This document shows positions 7,522 to 16,302 of a stretch of DNA of 64,000 nucleotides, one piece after another (within the stretch, counting starts at the first letter, position 1; the number at the start of each line of letters is the position of its first letter). The notes under the pieces were generated by a model. The model was not told where the DNA came from and made no database searches. It worked only from the letters and a program-made list of their open reading frames with translations. Location: positions 288,001 through 352,000 of the forward strand of contig CAWJCS010000006.1 in NCBI GenBank assembly GCA_963841435.1. Reading direction: 5' to 3'. The DNA is from an uncultured delta proteobacterium (GTDB lineage Bacteria > Myxococcota_A > Polyangia > Polyangiales > Polyangiaceae). A program made the translations under genes and the position numbers.

Positions 7522-9201
7522 GAACCGATGCGCGCCGACGACTTAGCTCACGAGGAGCTCCTGGAGCTGGACCCGGAGGGCGGAATGATCCGGTTTGCCG
7601 GCCAGCGTGCCCTCTTGCTCGATGCCGTGGCCATGGGGCTCTTGCGAAAGTATCTCGTCGAAAACTTCGGCCTCACGGCAGCACGCACGGTCCTCACCCA
7701 GTTCGGCTTCGCCCACGGCTTTCGCATGGCCGAAGCGATGGAAGCCCAATTCCGTTGGGATACCGACGATGACCGCCTGCTTGCCGGCACCCGCATCAAC
7801 GCGCTCGAGGGTCTCTTCAAGGTTGCACTTGGAAGCAATGGGCCGCTTTCGAAAGAGGGCTTGATGCTCGTCGCCTCCTACGAGGCCGAGCAGCACCTCT
7901 TGCACTTCGGTCGCGCCGACGCGCCGATGTGCTGGACCATTTCCGGCCTCACGAGCGGCTACCTCAGCAAGACCGCAGGCAAGGAGATCTACGTTCTCGA
8001 GGATCGCTGCATGGGCCAGGGCGACGCCGGCTGTCACCTCATCGGGCGCACCCGCGAGGAGTGGGGTGATGCTCGCGCCGAGGAGCTACGTTTCTTCGAA
8101 GGCAAGCAGCTCAAGGAATGCCTCGATGTCTCGCTCCACCGCGTCACGGAGACGTTGAAGGCGGCCGAGCAGAAGCTCCGCGCGCACCAGCGTGCGCTCG
8201 TGCGCGTGGTGAGCGATGTCGACGAGCCGCTCGGAATCGTGGCCAAGAGCGCCAACATGCGGCAGCTCCTGGATCTTGCCCGCCGCGTCGCCAAGGTGGA
8301 CTCGACGGTGCTCATCACCGGCGAGAGCGGATCCGGCAAGGAGCGCGTCGCGCGGCTCGTGCACGACGAGTCCACGCGCGCGGGTGGGCCGTTCGTCGCG
8401 GTCAACTGTGGGGCCATCGCCGAAACGCTGCTCGAAAGCGAGCTCTTCGGACACGCGCGGGGTGCCTTCACGGGAGCGACCCAAGACCGACCAGGGCTAT
8501 TCGAGGCGGCCCACAACGGAACCCTGCTGCTCGACGAGGTCGGCGAGGTCTCGGCGGGCATGCAGGTCAAGCTCCTGCGTGCGCTCCAGGAACGGGAGAT
8601 CCGGCGGGTCGGCGAGAACAAGAATCGGAAGGTGGATGTCCGCATCATCGCCGCCACCAACCGCGAGCTCGCTCATGGCGTGGCAGGAGGGAGCTTCCGG
8701 CAGGATCTCTATTACCGGCTCAAGGTCGTCGAGCTCCACGTACCATCGCTCCGTGAGCGGAGGGAGGACATGCTCCCGCTCGCACGGGTGCTGCTCGGGG
8801 AAGCGGCGCTCAGGATGAAGCGCAACATCGTGGGTCTTGCACCGAACGCTGCCGATCAGTTGCTCCGCTACGAGTGGCCGGGCAACGTTCGTGAGCTCGA
8901 GAACGCGATGGAGCGTGCGGTGGCGCTCGCACGCGGAAGCCGCGTCGAGGTGGGAGACCTGCCCGAAGAGATCCGGCAGGCGTTTCCCATGCCCGTCACC
9001 GGCGCTGGCGCCGGCGCGGTGCGGCCGTTGAACGAGGTCGAGAAGGAGTACATTCTCGCTGCGCTGGAGCTAAACGGGGGAAACCAGACCATCACGGCGA
9101 AGCAACTTCACATCGGCTCGGCAACGCTTTATCGAAAGCTCAAGAGCTACGGCTCGATCCGGGGTAGCCAGCCACCGCCCGGCATCCAAACGAGGGGGTG
9201 A
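7519..9201 (+). CDS. sigma54-dependent activator (XylR_N/V4R sensor, AAA+, Fis HTH)
   Basis: [62 protein letters not shown] and ATLYRKL. Confidence 0.95.
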   Translation: MEPMRADDLAHEELLELDPEGGMIRFAGQRALLLDAVAMGLLRKYLVENFGLTAARTVLTQFGFAHGFRMAEAMEAQFRWDTDDDRLLAGTRINALEGLFKVALGSNGPLSKEGLMLVASYEAEQHLLHFGRADAPMCWTISGLTSGYLSKTAGKEIYVLEDRCMGQGDAGCHLIGRTREEWGDARAEELRFFEGKQLKECLDVSLHRVTETLKAAEQKLRAHQRALVRVVSDVDEPLGIVAKSANMRQLLDLARRVAKVDSTVLITGESGSGKERVARLVHDESTRAGGPFVAVNCGAIAETLLESELFGHARGAFTGATQDRPGLFEAAHNGTLLLDEVGEVSAGMQVKLLRALQEREIRRVGENKNRKVDVRIIAATNRELAHGVAGGSFRQDLYYRLKVVELHVPSLRERREDMLPLARVLLGEAALRMKRNIVGLAPNAADQLLRYEWPGNVRELENAMERAVALARGSRVEVGDLPEEIRQAFPMPVTGAGAGAVRPLNEVEKEYILAALELNGGNQTITAKQLHIGSATLYRKLKSYGSIRGSQPPPGIQTRG

Positions 9202-9246
9202 GGCGCGGGCTCTTCCGTCGAGACGCGAGCCGCGCCACGCCCGGGG

Positions 9247-9263
9247 TCATTCAAAATGAATGA
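9247..9263. promoter_or_regulatory. AT-rich palindrome, possible protein-binding site
   Basis: TCATTCA-AAA-TGAATGA within high-GC DNA. Confidence 0.4.
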
Positions 9264-9267
9264 TCGG

Positions 9268-9462
9268 TCAACCACTTTGACTGGTGTTTTCGTGCTCGGA
9301 CGAGGGGGTGGCTTCGCTCGCAGTCGGCTCCGGCTCCGCAAGCGGGGCCTCGTAATAGGAGAGGACGAATTGCCTCAGTAGCCCGCGCGCTTCGTCGCGC
9401 TCGACGCCCCATTCGGCGCACAGGTAGTCGAGAAAGTCAGTGGGAAGCGCCCCTTTGGACAT
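9268..9462 (-). CDS. Small hypothetical protein (64 aa)
   Basis: MSKGALPTDFLDYLCAEWGVERDEARGLLRQFVLSYY...; protein-like composition, unlike the Arg/Pro-rich shadow ORFs. Confidence 0.45.
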   Translation of the reverse strand: MSKGALPTDFLDYLCAEWGVERDEARGLLRQFVLSYYEAPLAEPEPTASEATPSSEHENTSQSG

Positions 9463-9681
9463 CGAATCGGCCGTGGCCAGGCGTGACTGCCAATGAGGCG
9501 ACTCAGCCGTACGGCGGCAGACCTCCACCGTCGTCGGCTTCGTCAGGGATCCTCGGGACAGGCCGCGGGGAGCCAAGCAGTATCCATGCCCGTCGCGCGC
9601 CGCTCGGCGGTCGGGGTGAGCCTCGACCTGAGCAAGGGCGCGCGAGCGCCAACTGGCGCCGTTCGGCAACGTGGCGGTTAG

Positions 9682-9878
9682 CACTACTGTCAGAGATTCG
9701 CGTTTGCTTCGAGAAATTCGCAGATTGGCGAGCGGCGAACTTTTCGGACGGCGGCGCCCACGTCTTGCGTCCATTTCGTGCTCGAAGACGGCCGCCCGCT
9801 GGCCGCGCCAGTTGCTTTCGTGGCTCATGTTCTCTCTGCCGGATCGTGAGCTGTTCCTCCAAGACTCTGACAGTAGTG
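9682..9878. mobile_element. MITE copy 2 (197 bp), inverted relative to copy 1, TTAG target duplication
   Basis: Same terminal repeats; TTAG at 9678-9681 and 9879-9882; reverse complement matches 4063-4259 by eye. Confidence 0.92.
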
Positions 9879-11402
9879 TTAGCCCGTGAAGAATTTCCGG
9901 ATGCGCTCGACGAGGTACTCGCTCCGGCGCCCCTGATCGGTGTCGCCGTCGGTCGCCGTGGCGATGGCCTGGTTCAGCTGATCCATACGCTCGGCGAGAC
10001 GGGCCGTGAGCCGCTCGAGGAGGGCGGGGGTGCGATCGATGATGGGTTTGAACGGGGCGCGCGAGATGACGATGACCTCGCACTCCGTGAGCGCCGTGAC
10101 CGTCGCCGTGCGGCGCTCGCCGGTCAGGAGCGCGGCCTCGCCGAACAGCGAGCCCGCTTCGAGCGTGGTGATGCGCACCGGAGGACGGCCTTCGGGCGCG
10201 ATGGTGACCTCGACGCGCCCGCGCTCGAGGGCGAAGAGGTCGGAGCCGGTGTCGCCCTGGCGCGCGATGGCTTCGCCCGGGGAATAGAGCGCGCTGTGTG
10301 ACGCCTCGGCCACCGTCAGAAGGTCGGAAGGGCTCAGCGATTTGAAGATGTCGAAGCGCGTCAGCCGTTCGAGCGCGATGATTGGCCCGGCCGCTGCGGG
10401 CGGGTCCGTCGTGCCCGCGCGATCCGGGGCGACGCCGGCCGGATAGTGCAGGCCGATCTCGCGGCGCGGGAAAGGGATGTCGATGCGGGCGCGAGCGAGC
10501 GCGTAGTAGAGCCGTTGACGGACGGCGCCGTCGATGGGGTCCTTGCGCCCGGGGTCGGCGATGAAATAGCGAAAGTTGTAGACGACGCCGACGTCACTGA
10601 AGTCCTGGATCAAAACGCTCGGCTCCGGCTGCGCTGCGACGCCCTCGACGCCGCGGATCGAAGCGAGCATCACCTGGCGTACACGCTCGGGCGACACGTC
10701 GTAGGGGAGCGCGATTTCGGTCCGGCTGCGGACGAGCGGCGTGGGGCGCGAGTAATTTCTGACGACGGCGCGGGCCAAAACGCCGTTGGGCACGACGACG
10801 TGGACGCGGGCGAGCGTGAGAAAATGCGTCGCGCGCCAGTTGATTTCCGTGACCTCGCCGAAGCCGTCGGAGCCTTCCTCGAAGCGCACCCAGTCGCCGA
10901 CGGTGATCGTCTGCTGGCCCTGGAGCGCGAGGCCTGCGAACAGGTTGCCGAGCGTGTCCTGCATCGAGAAACCGAGCACGGCCGTGAGCACGGCGGAGGT
11001 CGTGAGGAGCTGTCCGGGCTCGACACCGATGGCGCGCAGGGCCACGAGCGCCACGATGAAATACAGAACGGCCTGAACGACGTCGCGCAGGATCTTGGGC
11101 CAGGGCTTGCCGAACAGGCGTCCGAAGCGCGTGGTCGTGAAGAGGGTGAACAGCGCGCGCATCATGGAGGCGCACCAGGCGAACACCGCGACGAAGTGGA
11201 GCAGCTTGCTCGGGAACTGATCGCCGACGATGAGGCTCATCGCGGCGCGGGAACCCGCGTACACCAGTAGGAGCACGAACGCCCCGCGGATCTGCCGCCG
11301 GTGCTCGCGCGGTACGAGGATCACGACCACCAGTAGCAACAACGCCCCCAGCCCGAGACCGGTGAGCACGGGCTGAAGGCGCACGATCGCGTCCAGAGAC
11401 AC
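9879..11402 (-). CDS. MscS-family mechanosensitive channel with C-terminal cNMP-binding domain
   Basis: LGFSMQDTLGNLFAGL, VGDWV, EVTEINWRAT, VVPN; IARQGDTG and FGEAALLTGERRTATV. Confidence 0.92.
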   Translation of the reverse strand: MSLDAIVRLQPVLTGLGLGALLLLVVVILVPREHRRQIRGAFVLLLVYAGSRAAMSLIVGDQFPSKLLHFVAVFAWCASMMRALFTLFTTTRFGRLFGKPWPKILRDVVQAVLYFIVALVALRAIGVEPGQLLTTSAVLTAVLGFSMQDTLGNLFAGLALQGQQTITVGDWVRFEEGSDGFGEVTEINWRATHFLTLARVHVVVPNGVLARAVVRNYSRPTPLVRSRTEIALPYDVSPERVRQVMLASIRGVEGVAAQPEPSVLIQDFSDVGVVYNFRYFIADPGRKDPIDGAVRQRLYYALARARIDIPFPRREIGLHYPAGVAPDRAGTTDPPAAAGPIIALERLTRFDIFKSLSPSDLLTVAEASHSALYSPGEAIARQGDTGSDLFALERGRVEVTIAPEGRPPVRITTLEAGSLFGEAALLTGERRTATVTALTECEVIVISRAPFKPIIDRTPALLERLTARLAERMDQLNQAIATATDGDTDQGRRSEYLVERIRKFFTG

Positions 11403-11418
11403 GGCGGGATGCTATCAC

Positions 11419-11445
11419 CGGGCCCGGCGCGTCGCGCCGGGCCCG
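11419..11445. terminator. GC-rich hairpin between the lipoprotein and MscS genes
   Basis: CGGGCCCGGCGC-GTC-GCGCCGGGCCCG. Confidence 0.5.
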
Positions 11446-11463
11446 TTTCGCCTGCCCTGCGGG

Positions 11464-13521
11464 CTACTCGGAGAGGCTCGGCCTGAGCCGGTTGACGAGG
11501 GAGCTCATGGCGGGGTTGTAGCCGTAGCGCTCATCCAGTGGACCGACCTCGCCCGCGACGGCGTACTTCGGGCAGATGCTCGCCGTGAGCCCCGTCGAGG
11601 CGAGGCCGCGCAGCACTTCGAGCTCGCGGACGCTCGGATAGGCCTTCGCGTAGACCTGCGTGCCGTCCTGGTTCGGCGTCGGGTAGTCGCAGAGCGGGCT
11701 GTTCTTCTCGTATTCGTCGGCGTTGCAATCACAGCCGCCCTCGTTGGACATGTCGCAGTCCCGAGGCTCGCTGAGCGGGAAGATGCATGCGAGCTGCAGG
11801 TCGGTGCGAAACCTGTCAGGCGCCTGCTCGTGGCCGTTGATCGTGTTCCAACCGCCGTCGCTCGGGCCCACGACGGCCGCGTTCGGATCGAGCGGATGGG
11901 GAGCGCCGCTCGGGCGTGGATCCACGGACTCGATCATGAGAGGGTCGAGCGGATCCGAGCCGGGGCCACCGAGGACGACGTTCCAGCGACCTTGCGCGTC
12001 GAGCTGTTCGGGCGTGAGGTAGGCGAGGCCGTCGCCCCCGAGGCTCTCGGGCGTCGCGATGTCCTGCCAAGGCACGCCGACGATGCCGAGCAGCACCACC
12101 GAGCGCGGATCACGGCTGTCTTGGTCGGGCGCCGCCGCAAAGATGGGGTTCGGAACGCGGTTGCCGTCGAGACGCGGATCGATCGTGCTCGCGGTGAGCG
12201 CTTCGATGTAGCGGCCGATGGGGTACAGGAAGTCCACGCCGAAGCGCTGACGCTGGTGGAAGCAGCGCAGGTTCGGCGAGTCTTCGCTCACGGGTAGCGG
12301 AGAGTCCGCGCACGCCGGGTCCTCGTCCGGCGACGGGCAGCCGAGCTTCGGCCCGGAGCCGCAGGGTGCGCAACAAGGATTGTTGGGCTGCGCGCAGGCG
12401 GAGGTGCCGTGAGGCATGCGCCAGTTGTTGGCAGCCGGGCCGCCCTTGAACGACGTGAGCCAGCCCTGGGTCTCGTTCTCGTCGACAATGGAGCAATCGT
12501 TTTCGTCGCTCAGCATCACGATGGCGAGCGCCGAGTCCGCGCGCAAAAACGCGGCGCGCTGTGCGAGCACCGTGCCGCTCACGGGGCCGCGCACGCTGAG
12601 GGCGCCGTCGTTCGACATGCTCTCGACGGGGTCCGGATCGACGAGGAAGCGATACCAGGCTTCGAGCGACCCCTCATAGCCGCAGCCGTGCTCGCCGGCG
12701 GCGAGCACGTGGTCCTGAAAATCGACGCTCAATGCGGATGGGTCATCGAGCCCTGCGGGCGCGTACCTGCCGTCGGGGTCCCAGGCCAGAAAACCGAGGT
12801 CGTCGTAGCTCGAAAGGCCCGGACGGACGCTCGGCATCAGACGCGCGCCGTCGTCGTAGTGCGACTGGTCGGTGGCCGTCTGCTCCGAGCAGACGTTGTT
12901 GCTGCCGTGATCGCCGAGGCTCGAGCTGATGACACCGACGTGCAGATCTTTGACGGGTCGGAATTCGGTAACGCCCGCGGGGCAGTTGCCGTCGTTGTCG
13001 CTCGTTGCGCCAGTGGGACTGCCGAATTCGTCGACGCAATCGGGGTGCGTGAACCGTGAGACCAGCATGGGAATCGCCTTTTCGAGCAGCTCTTGCTTGT
13101 CCGCCATCCCGATCGAGTTATCGACCATGAAGAGCAGGTTAACCTTGGAGACCGTGGCCGGCTTGCCCGCAAAGCCGCCGCCGCCGTTGCCGAAGGCGCT
13201 GCTGCCGCCGGTCCCGGGCTCGCCGGCGCTTCCACCCGCGGCAACGACGACGCCCGCCGTGCCGCTGCTGCCGCCGGTCGTCATCTCCGTACCGGCCGTG
13301 CCGCCCGCGCCGCCGGTGGTCGCGCCCGTGCCGCCGGTCGTGGCGCCCGTGCCGCCATCCGCCGCGCCCGCTTCGCCCGTGCCCCCCGTCCCCCCCCCGC
13401 CCGCGTCATCCGAGCCGAGCGCGTAGCGACCGCCGCACCCCCAAGTCCCCGCGACCGAGAGAGCAACCACCAGAACCCCGTGTGTCCGCACCAAGTGACC
13501 TATCGTCATACCCTGGCCCAT
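11464..13521 (-). CDS. Cys-rich myxobacterial lipoprotein with VWA-like domain
   Basis: TWGC lipobox, Gly/Thr linker, LLFMVDNSIGMADKQ, LHVGVISSSLG, GCGYEGSLE and MLSDENDCS. Confidence 0.75.
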   Translation of the reverse strand: MGQGMTIGHLVRTHGVLVVALSVAGTWGCGGRYALGSDDAGGGGTGGTGEAGAADGGTGATTGGTGATTGGAGGTAGTEMTTGGSSGTAGVVVAAGGSAGEPGTGGSSAFGNGGGGFAGKPATVSKVNLLFMVDNSIGMADKQELLEKAIPMLVSRFTHPDCVDEFGSPTGATSDNDGNCPAGVTEFRPVKDLHVGVISSSLGDHGSNNVCSEQTATDQSHYDDGARLMPSVRPGLSSYDDLGFLAWDPDGRYAPAGLDDPSALSVDFQDHVLAAGEHGCGYEGSLEAWYRFLVDPDPVESMSNDGALSVRGPVSGTVLAQRAAFLRADSALAIVMLSDENDCSIVDENETQGWLTSFKGGPAANNWRMPHGTSACAQPNNPCCAPCGSGPKLGCPSPDEDPACADSPLPVSEDSPNLRCFHQRQRFGVDFLYPIGRYIEALTASTIDPRLDGNRVPNPIFAAAPDQDSRDPRSVVLLGIVGVPWQDIATPESLGGDGLAYLTPEQLDAQGRWNVVLGGPGSDPLDPLMIESVDPRPSGAPHPLDPNAAVVGPSDGGWNTINGHEQAPDRFRTDLQLACIFPLSEPRDCDMSNEGGCDCNADEYEKNSPLCDYPTPNQDGTQVYAKAYPSVRELEVLRGLASTGLTASICPKYAVAGEVGPLDERYGYNPAMSSLVNRLRPSLSE

Positions 13522-13542
13522 GTGGCCCGTCGCGAAGATCGA

Positions 13543-14400
13543 TCATCTTTTCAGGAGCTCGCGCACGCGCTCGGCATGACGGCTGTTCGGTGCTGCCTGG
13601 ATCAACCGTGCTGCTTCGCGCTCCGCGCTCGCGCGCTCTCCCGCGCCGAGCAGAGCTTCGACGCGCAGCACCGTCGCTTCCGTCGTGAGCGCGCCGTTCG
13701 GAAAGCGAGCACGGTAGGCATCGAGATCGGCGAGTGCCGAGCGCGCGCGGCCGATCGCCAGCTCCTTGCGCACGGTGTCGAGCGCGCGCACTTCTTCGCT
13801 CAGCGTGGAGGCGGCGCGCGCTTCCGCGGCGCTCGTCGTTGCTTCGACGGGCGCGTCGAACGACGCCGTGGAGCCGAGCGCTGCGGCCCGTGGCTCGGCG
13901 ACGGCGGGGGGCTCCATTTCGTCGGGCTCGACCGGTTCGGCTGCGGGTGGTGGTGGCGGAATGACGGCCGTGGTGGCGGGCGCTGGCTCTTCGGGGGTCG
14001 GCGTCGGATCGGCGACCTCCTGCGCGGCGGCGTGCCGTGGAGACGCCGTGGTGGCGACGGGCAGAGCGCTGACGGTGGGCGTCGGCGCCTGCGAATGCGC
14101 CGGGCGGAAGGCGACGTACGCCGTGCCGCTCGTGAGCACGCCGGCCGTCGCGCCGACGGCGAGCAACTTCGCGAGTGACACCAGGGTGAGCGGCTTGGCC
14201 GCCGCGGCGCCGCCGAGGGCCGCTTGCTCGGCCACGACGCTGCCCGCATTCGAGAGGCCGACGGCCATCGCGCCGACACCGAGCACGGCAGCCACGCGCG
14301 GCAGGGCGGTCGCGTCGGGCTCGTCGTCGTCCGCGGAGAGCAGGAGCAAGCGCTCGAGCTCGTCGTTCGTATCGCTGAGGAGCGGAGAAAGGTCGCTCAT
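13543..14400 (-). CDS. Putative anti-sigma factor (TM, Pro-rich linker, C-terminal TPR-like helices)
   Basis: 4-bp overlap with the ECF sigma gene; LSEEVRALD...YRARFPNGAL..EA.VLRVEAL. Confidence 0.7.
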   Translation of the reverse strand: MSDLSPLLSDTNDELERLLLLSADDDEPDATALPRVAAVLGVGAMAVGLSNAGSVVAEQAALGGAAAAKPLTLVSLAKLLAVGATAGVLTSGTAYVAFRPAHSQAPTPTVSALPVATTASPRHAAAQEVADPTPTPEEPAPATTAVIPPPPPAAEPVEPDEMEPPAVAEPRAAALGSTASFDAPVEATTSAAEARAASTLSEEVRALDTVRKELAIGRARSALADLDAYRARFPNGALTTEATVLRVEALLGAGERASAEREAARLIQAAPNSRHAERVRELLKR

Positions 14401-15041
14401 GGCTTCACCTGGGCTCCGAGCGTCCGCTTGAGGCGTTGGACACCCGTCTGGAAAATCTCGCGCGCTCGCCTGAGCCTCGACGACGCCGTGCCGAGGGGGA
14501 TTTCGAGCAGCTCCGCGACCTCGGGCCCCGTGTAGCCCTCGAGCTCGAACAGCACGAAGGCGGCGCGCAGGTCGTCGGGCATGGAATCGAGAATGGCGTC
14601 GAGCAGCTCGCGCGCCCGCTTGCGGTCGACGAGCGTTTCGGGCGTCGGTTGCGCGCCCGTCATCGCTTCGATCTCGTCGGCGCCGGGGGACGTGTCCGGC
14701 CTCACGGCTCGGGCGCGCCGCGCGTTCGCGGCGACGCGCAGCGCGACGGCGACGAGGAACTGCCGCTCGCGACCCGCTTCGATCTGCTCGAGCTTGCGCG
14801 AAGCGATGATGAACACTTCCTGAGCGGCATCGTCGGCCGCTTCGGCGGGGATGCCGAAGCGGCGCAAAGCGCGCCACACACTGCGGAAGTGGCACTCGAG
14901 CAGGTCGGCGAGCGTCGTCCGTTGAAAGCCCGCGTCAGGGGGCTCACTCTCGCCCGTTTCCGAGACCAGCTCCGGCGGCCCGAGCTCGGGGCCCAGGACG
15001 GCGAGGGTGGGGGAGGGAGTCTGGCGCACCGTTTGGCTCAT
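14397..15041 (-). CDS. ECF RNA polymerase sigma factor
   Basis: VWRALRRFGI..ADDAAQEVF (region 2); RAAFVLFELEG..EVAELLEIPLGTASSRLRRAR (region 4). Confidence 0.93.
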   Translation of the reverse strand: MSQTVRQTPSPTLAVLGPELGPPELVSETGESEPPDAGFQRTTLADLLECHFRSVWRALRRFGIPAEAADDAAQEVFIIASRKLEQIEAGRERQFLVAVALRVAANARRARAVRPDTSPGADEIEAMTGAQPTPETLVDRKRARELLDAILDSMPDDLRAAFVLFELEGYTGPEVAELLEIPLGTASSRLRRAREIFQTGVQRLKRTLGAQVKP

Positions 15042-15274
15042 GTGCGGGCAGCGCGAGTTCGATCACCACGCGATGGCAGAGTCGCCACGCGACGCCCAAG
15101 AACCCGACCCAACCACCAGGACCCATTCTAGCAGAGGACGGGCACGCCGGCCCGCAAGCCTTGCGCGTGGCGCGATGGTCGGGGGCGCGCTTTTTTGCCA
15201 CCCCCGCGGACGGGGTAGCCCTCGCCTGGGCGAAGGAGCAGGCCCATGGGGTATCCCTGCGCAGCGACCCCCGG

Positions 15275-15290
15275 CGGCCCGGAACCTGCA
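15275..15290 (+). promoter_or_regulatory. Putative sigma54 promoter for the hemerythrin-like gene
   Basis: CGGCCCGGAACCTGCA (GG-N10-GC). Confidence 0.5.
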
Positions 15291-15302
15291 AGCAACCGGA
15301 CG

Positions 15303-15795
15303 ATGGACCAGGCCAAAGCTACCTCTTTCGCCCCGCTCCGCGGCTCCCCTGTCCCTGTCTCGACGCCCTCCCCCCCACCGCATGCCGTGGCGGTCGCCGC
15401 GGAAGGGCGGCTCGGCGCGACGCTCGCCCGCCTGCGAGAGCTGCGCGGGGCGCTCCGGAGCGGGCGCGCCGTCGTGGACCCGGCGCCGCTGCTCTCCGAG
15501 CTCCGCGTGGACCTCGAGCTCCACTTTGCGCTCGAGGAGGCAAGCTCCTACTTCGGCGTCGTGCTGCGAGAGCGGCAGTCGCTGTCGCACGCCATCGCCG
15601 AGCTCAGACGTGAGCACGAGCTGATGCTCGGCATGGTCGAGGCCGCTCGCGCCGTTGCCACCGATTCGCTGCGGGCACCCGAGCTCGTGACGTTCCGTCG
15701 AACGGCTCCTCGACGAATTCGAGGTGCACGAGCACGAAGAAGCGAGCCTCTTGCAGGAGTTTTTCCTGCGTGACGACGGTACGGGCGCCGACTAG
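15303..15795 (+). CDS. Hemerythrin (HHE)-like protein, +1 frameshift near 15693 (probably a sequence error)
   Basis: LELHFALEE..YF and LRREH; removing one T continues SVERLLDEFEVHEHEEASLLQEFFLRDDGTGAD*. Confidence 0.7.
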
Positions 15796-15888
15796 GCTGA
15801 CCGCGGCACGGCGGCGTCTCTACCGGCACCGCCTGCATGGACGGGTGTGCGGCGTCGTCCATGTGAACGAACAGCAAAGGGCACGACC

Positions 15889-16224
15889 ATGAAGAAGTTT
15901 CTCGTTCTCTACAAGGCGACCAAAGCGGCTTTCGAAAAGGCGATGGCAGGTTCTCCCGACCAGCAAAAGGAGTTCATGGCGGCCTGGGATGCCTGGGGAA
16001 AGAAGGCGGCATCCTCGATCGTCGACATGGGGGCGCCGCTCGGCAAGACGTTGCGCGTGACGAAGGACGGCGCGACGCCGACCTGGAACGATCTCGGCGG
16101 CTTTTCGATCCTGCAGGGCGAATCGAAGGAAGCGGTCGCCGACTCTCTCAAGGGGCACCCCCATTTCATGATGCCCGAGGGCTTCATCGAGGTCGTCGAG
16201 CTCATGCCGATGCCGCCCAGCTGA
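15889..16224 (+). CDS. YCII-related dimeric alpha/beta barrel protein
   Basis: MKKFLVLY...AWDAW...IVDMGAPLG...GGFSILQ...HPH. Confidence 0.75.
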   Translation: MKKFLVLYKATKAAFEKAMAGSPDQQKEFMAAWDAWGKKAASSIVDMGAPLGKTLRVTKDGATPTWNDLGGFSILQGESKEAVADSLKGHPHFMMPEGFIEVVELMPMPPS

Positions 16225-16302
16225 GGCGTCTTCTCGGGCGCGGCTCTCGCACGCGGGCGGATCGGGTATCATCCCGGTCGCTCGCGGAGCGAGGGTTTAG
16301 CC

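Noticed and set aside
4260-9681. Region between the MITEs as an already transposed composite transposon
   Set aside because: Each MITE has its own different target duplication and similar stress genes continue outside, so the insertions were independent.
9678-9690. TTAGCACTAC resembles a CIRCE half-site, and groEL is in the window
   Set aside because: It is the MITE end plus target duplication; there is no partner half-site at 9 bp and it is far from groEL.
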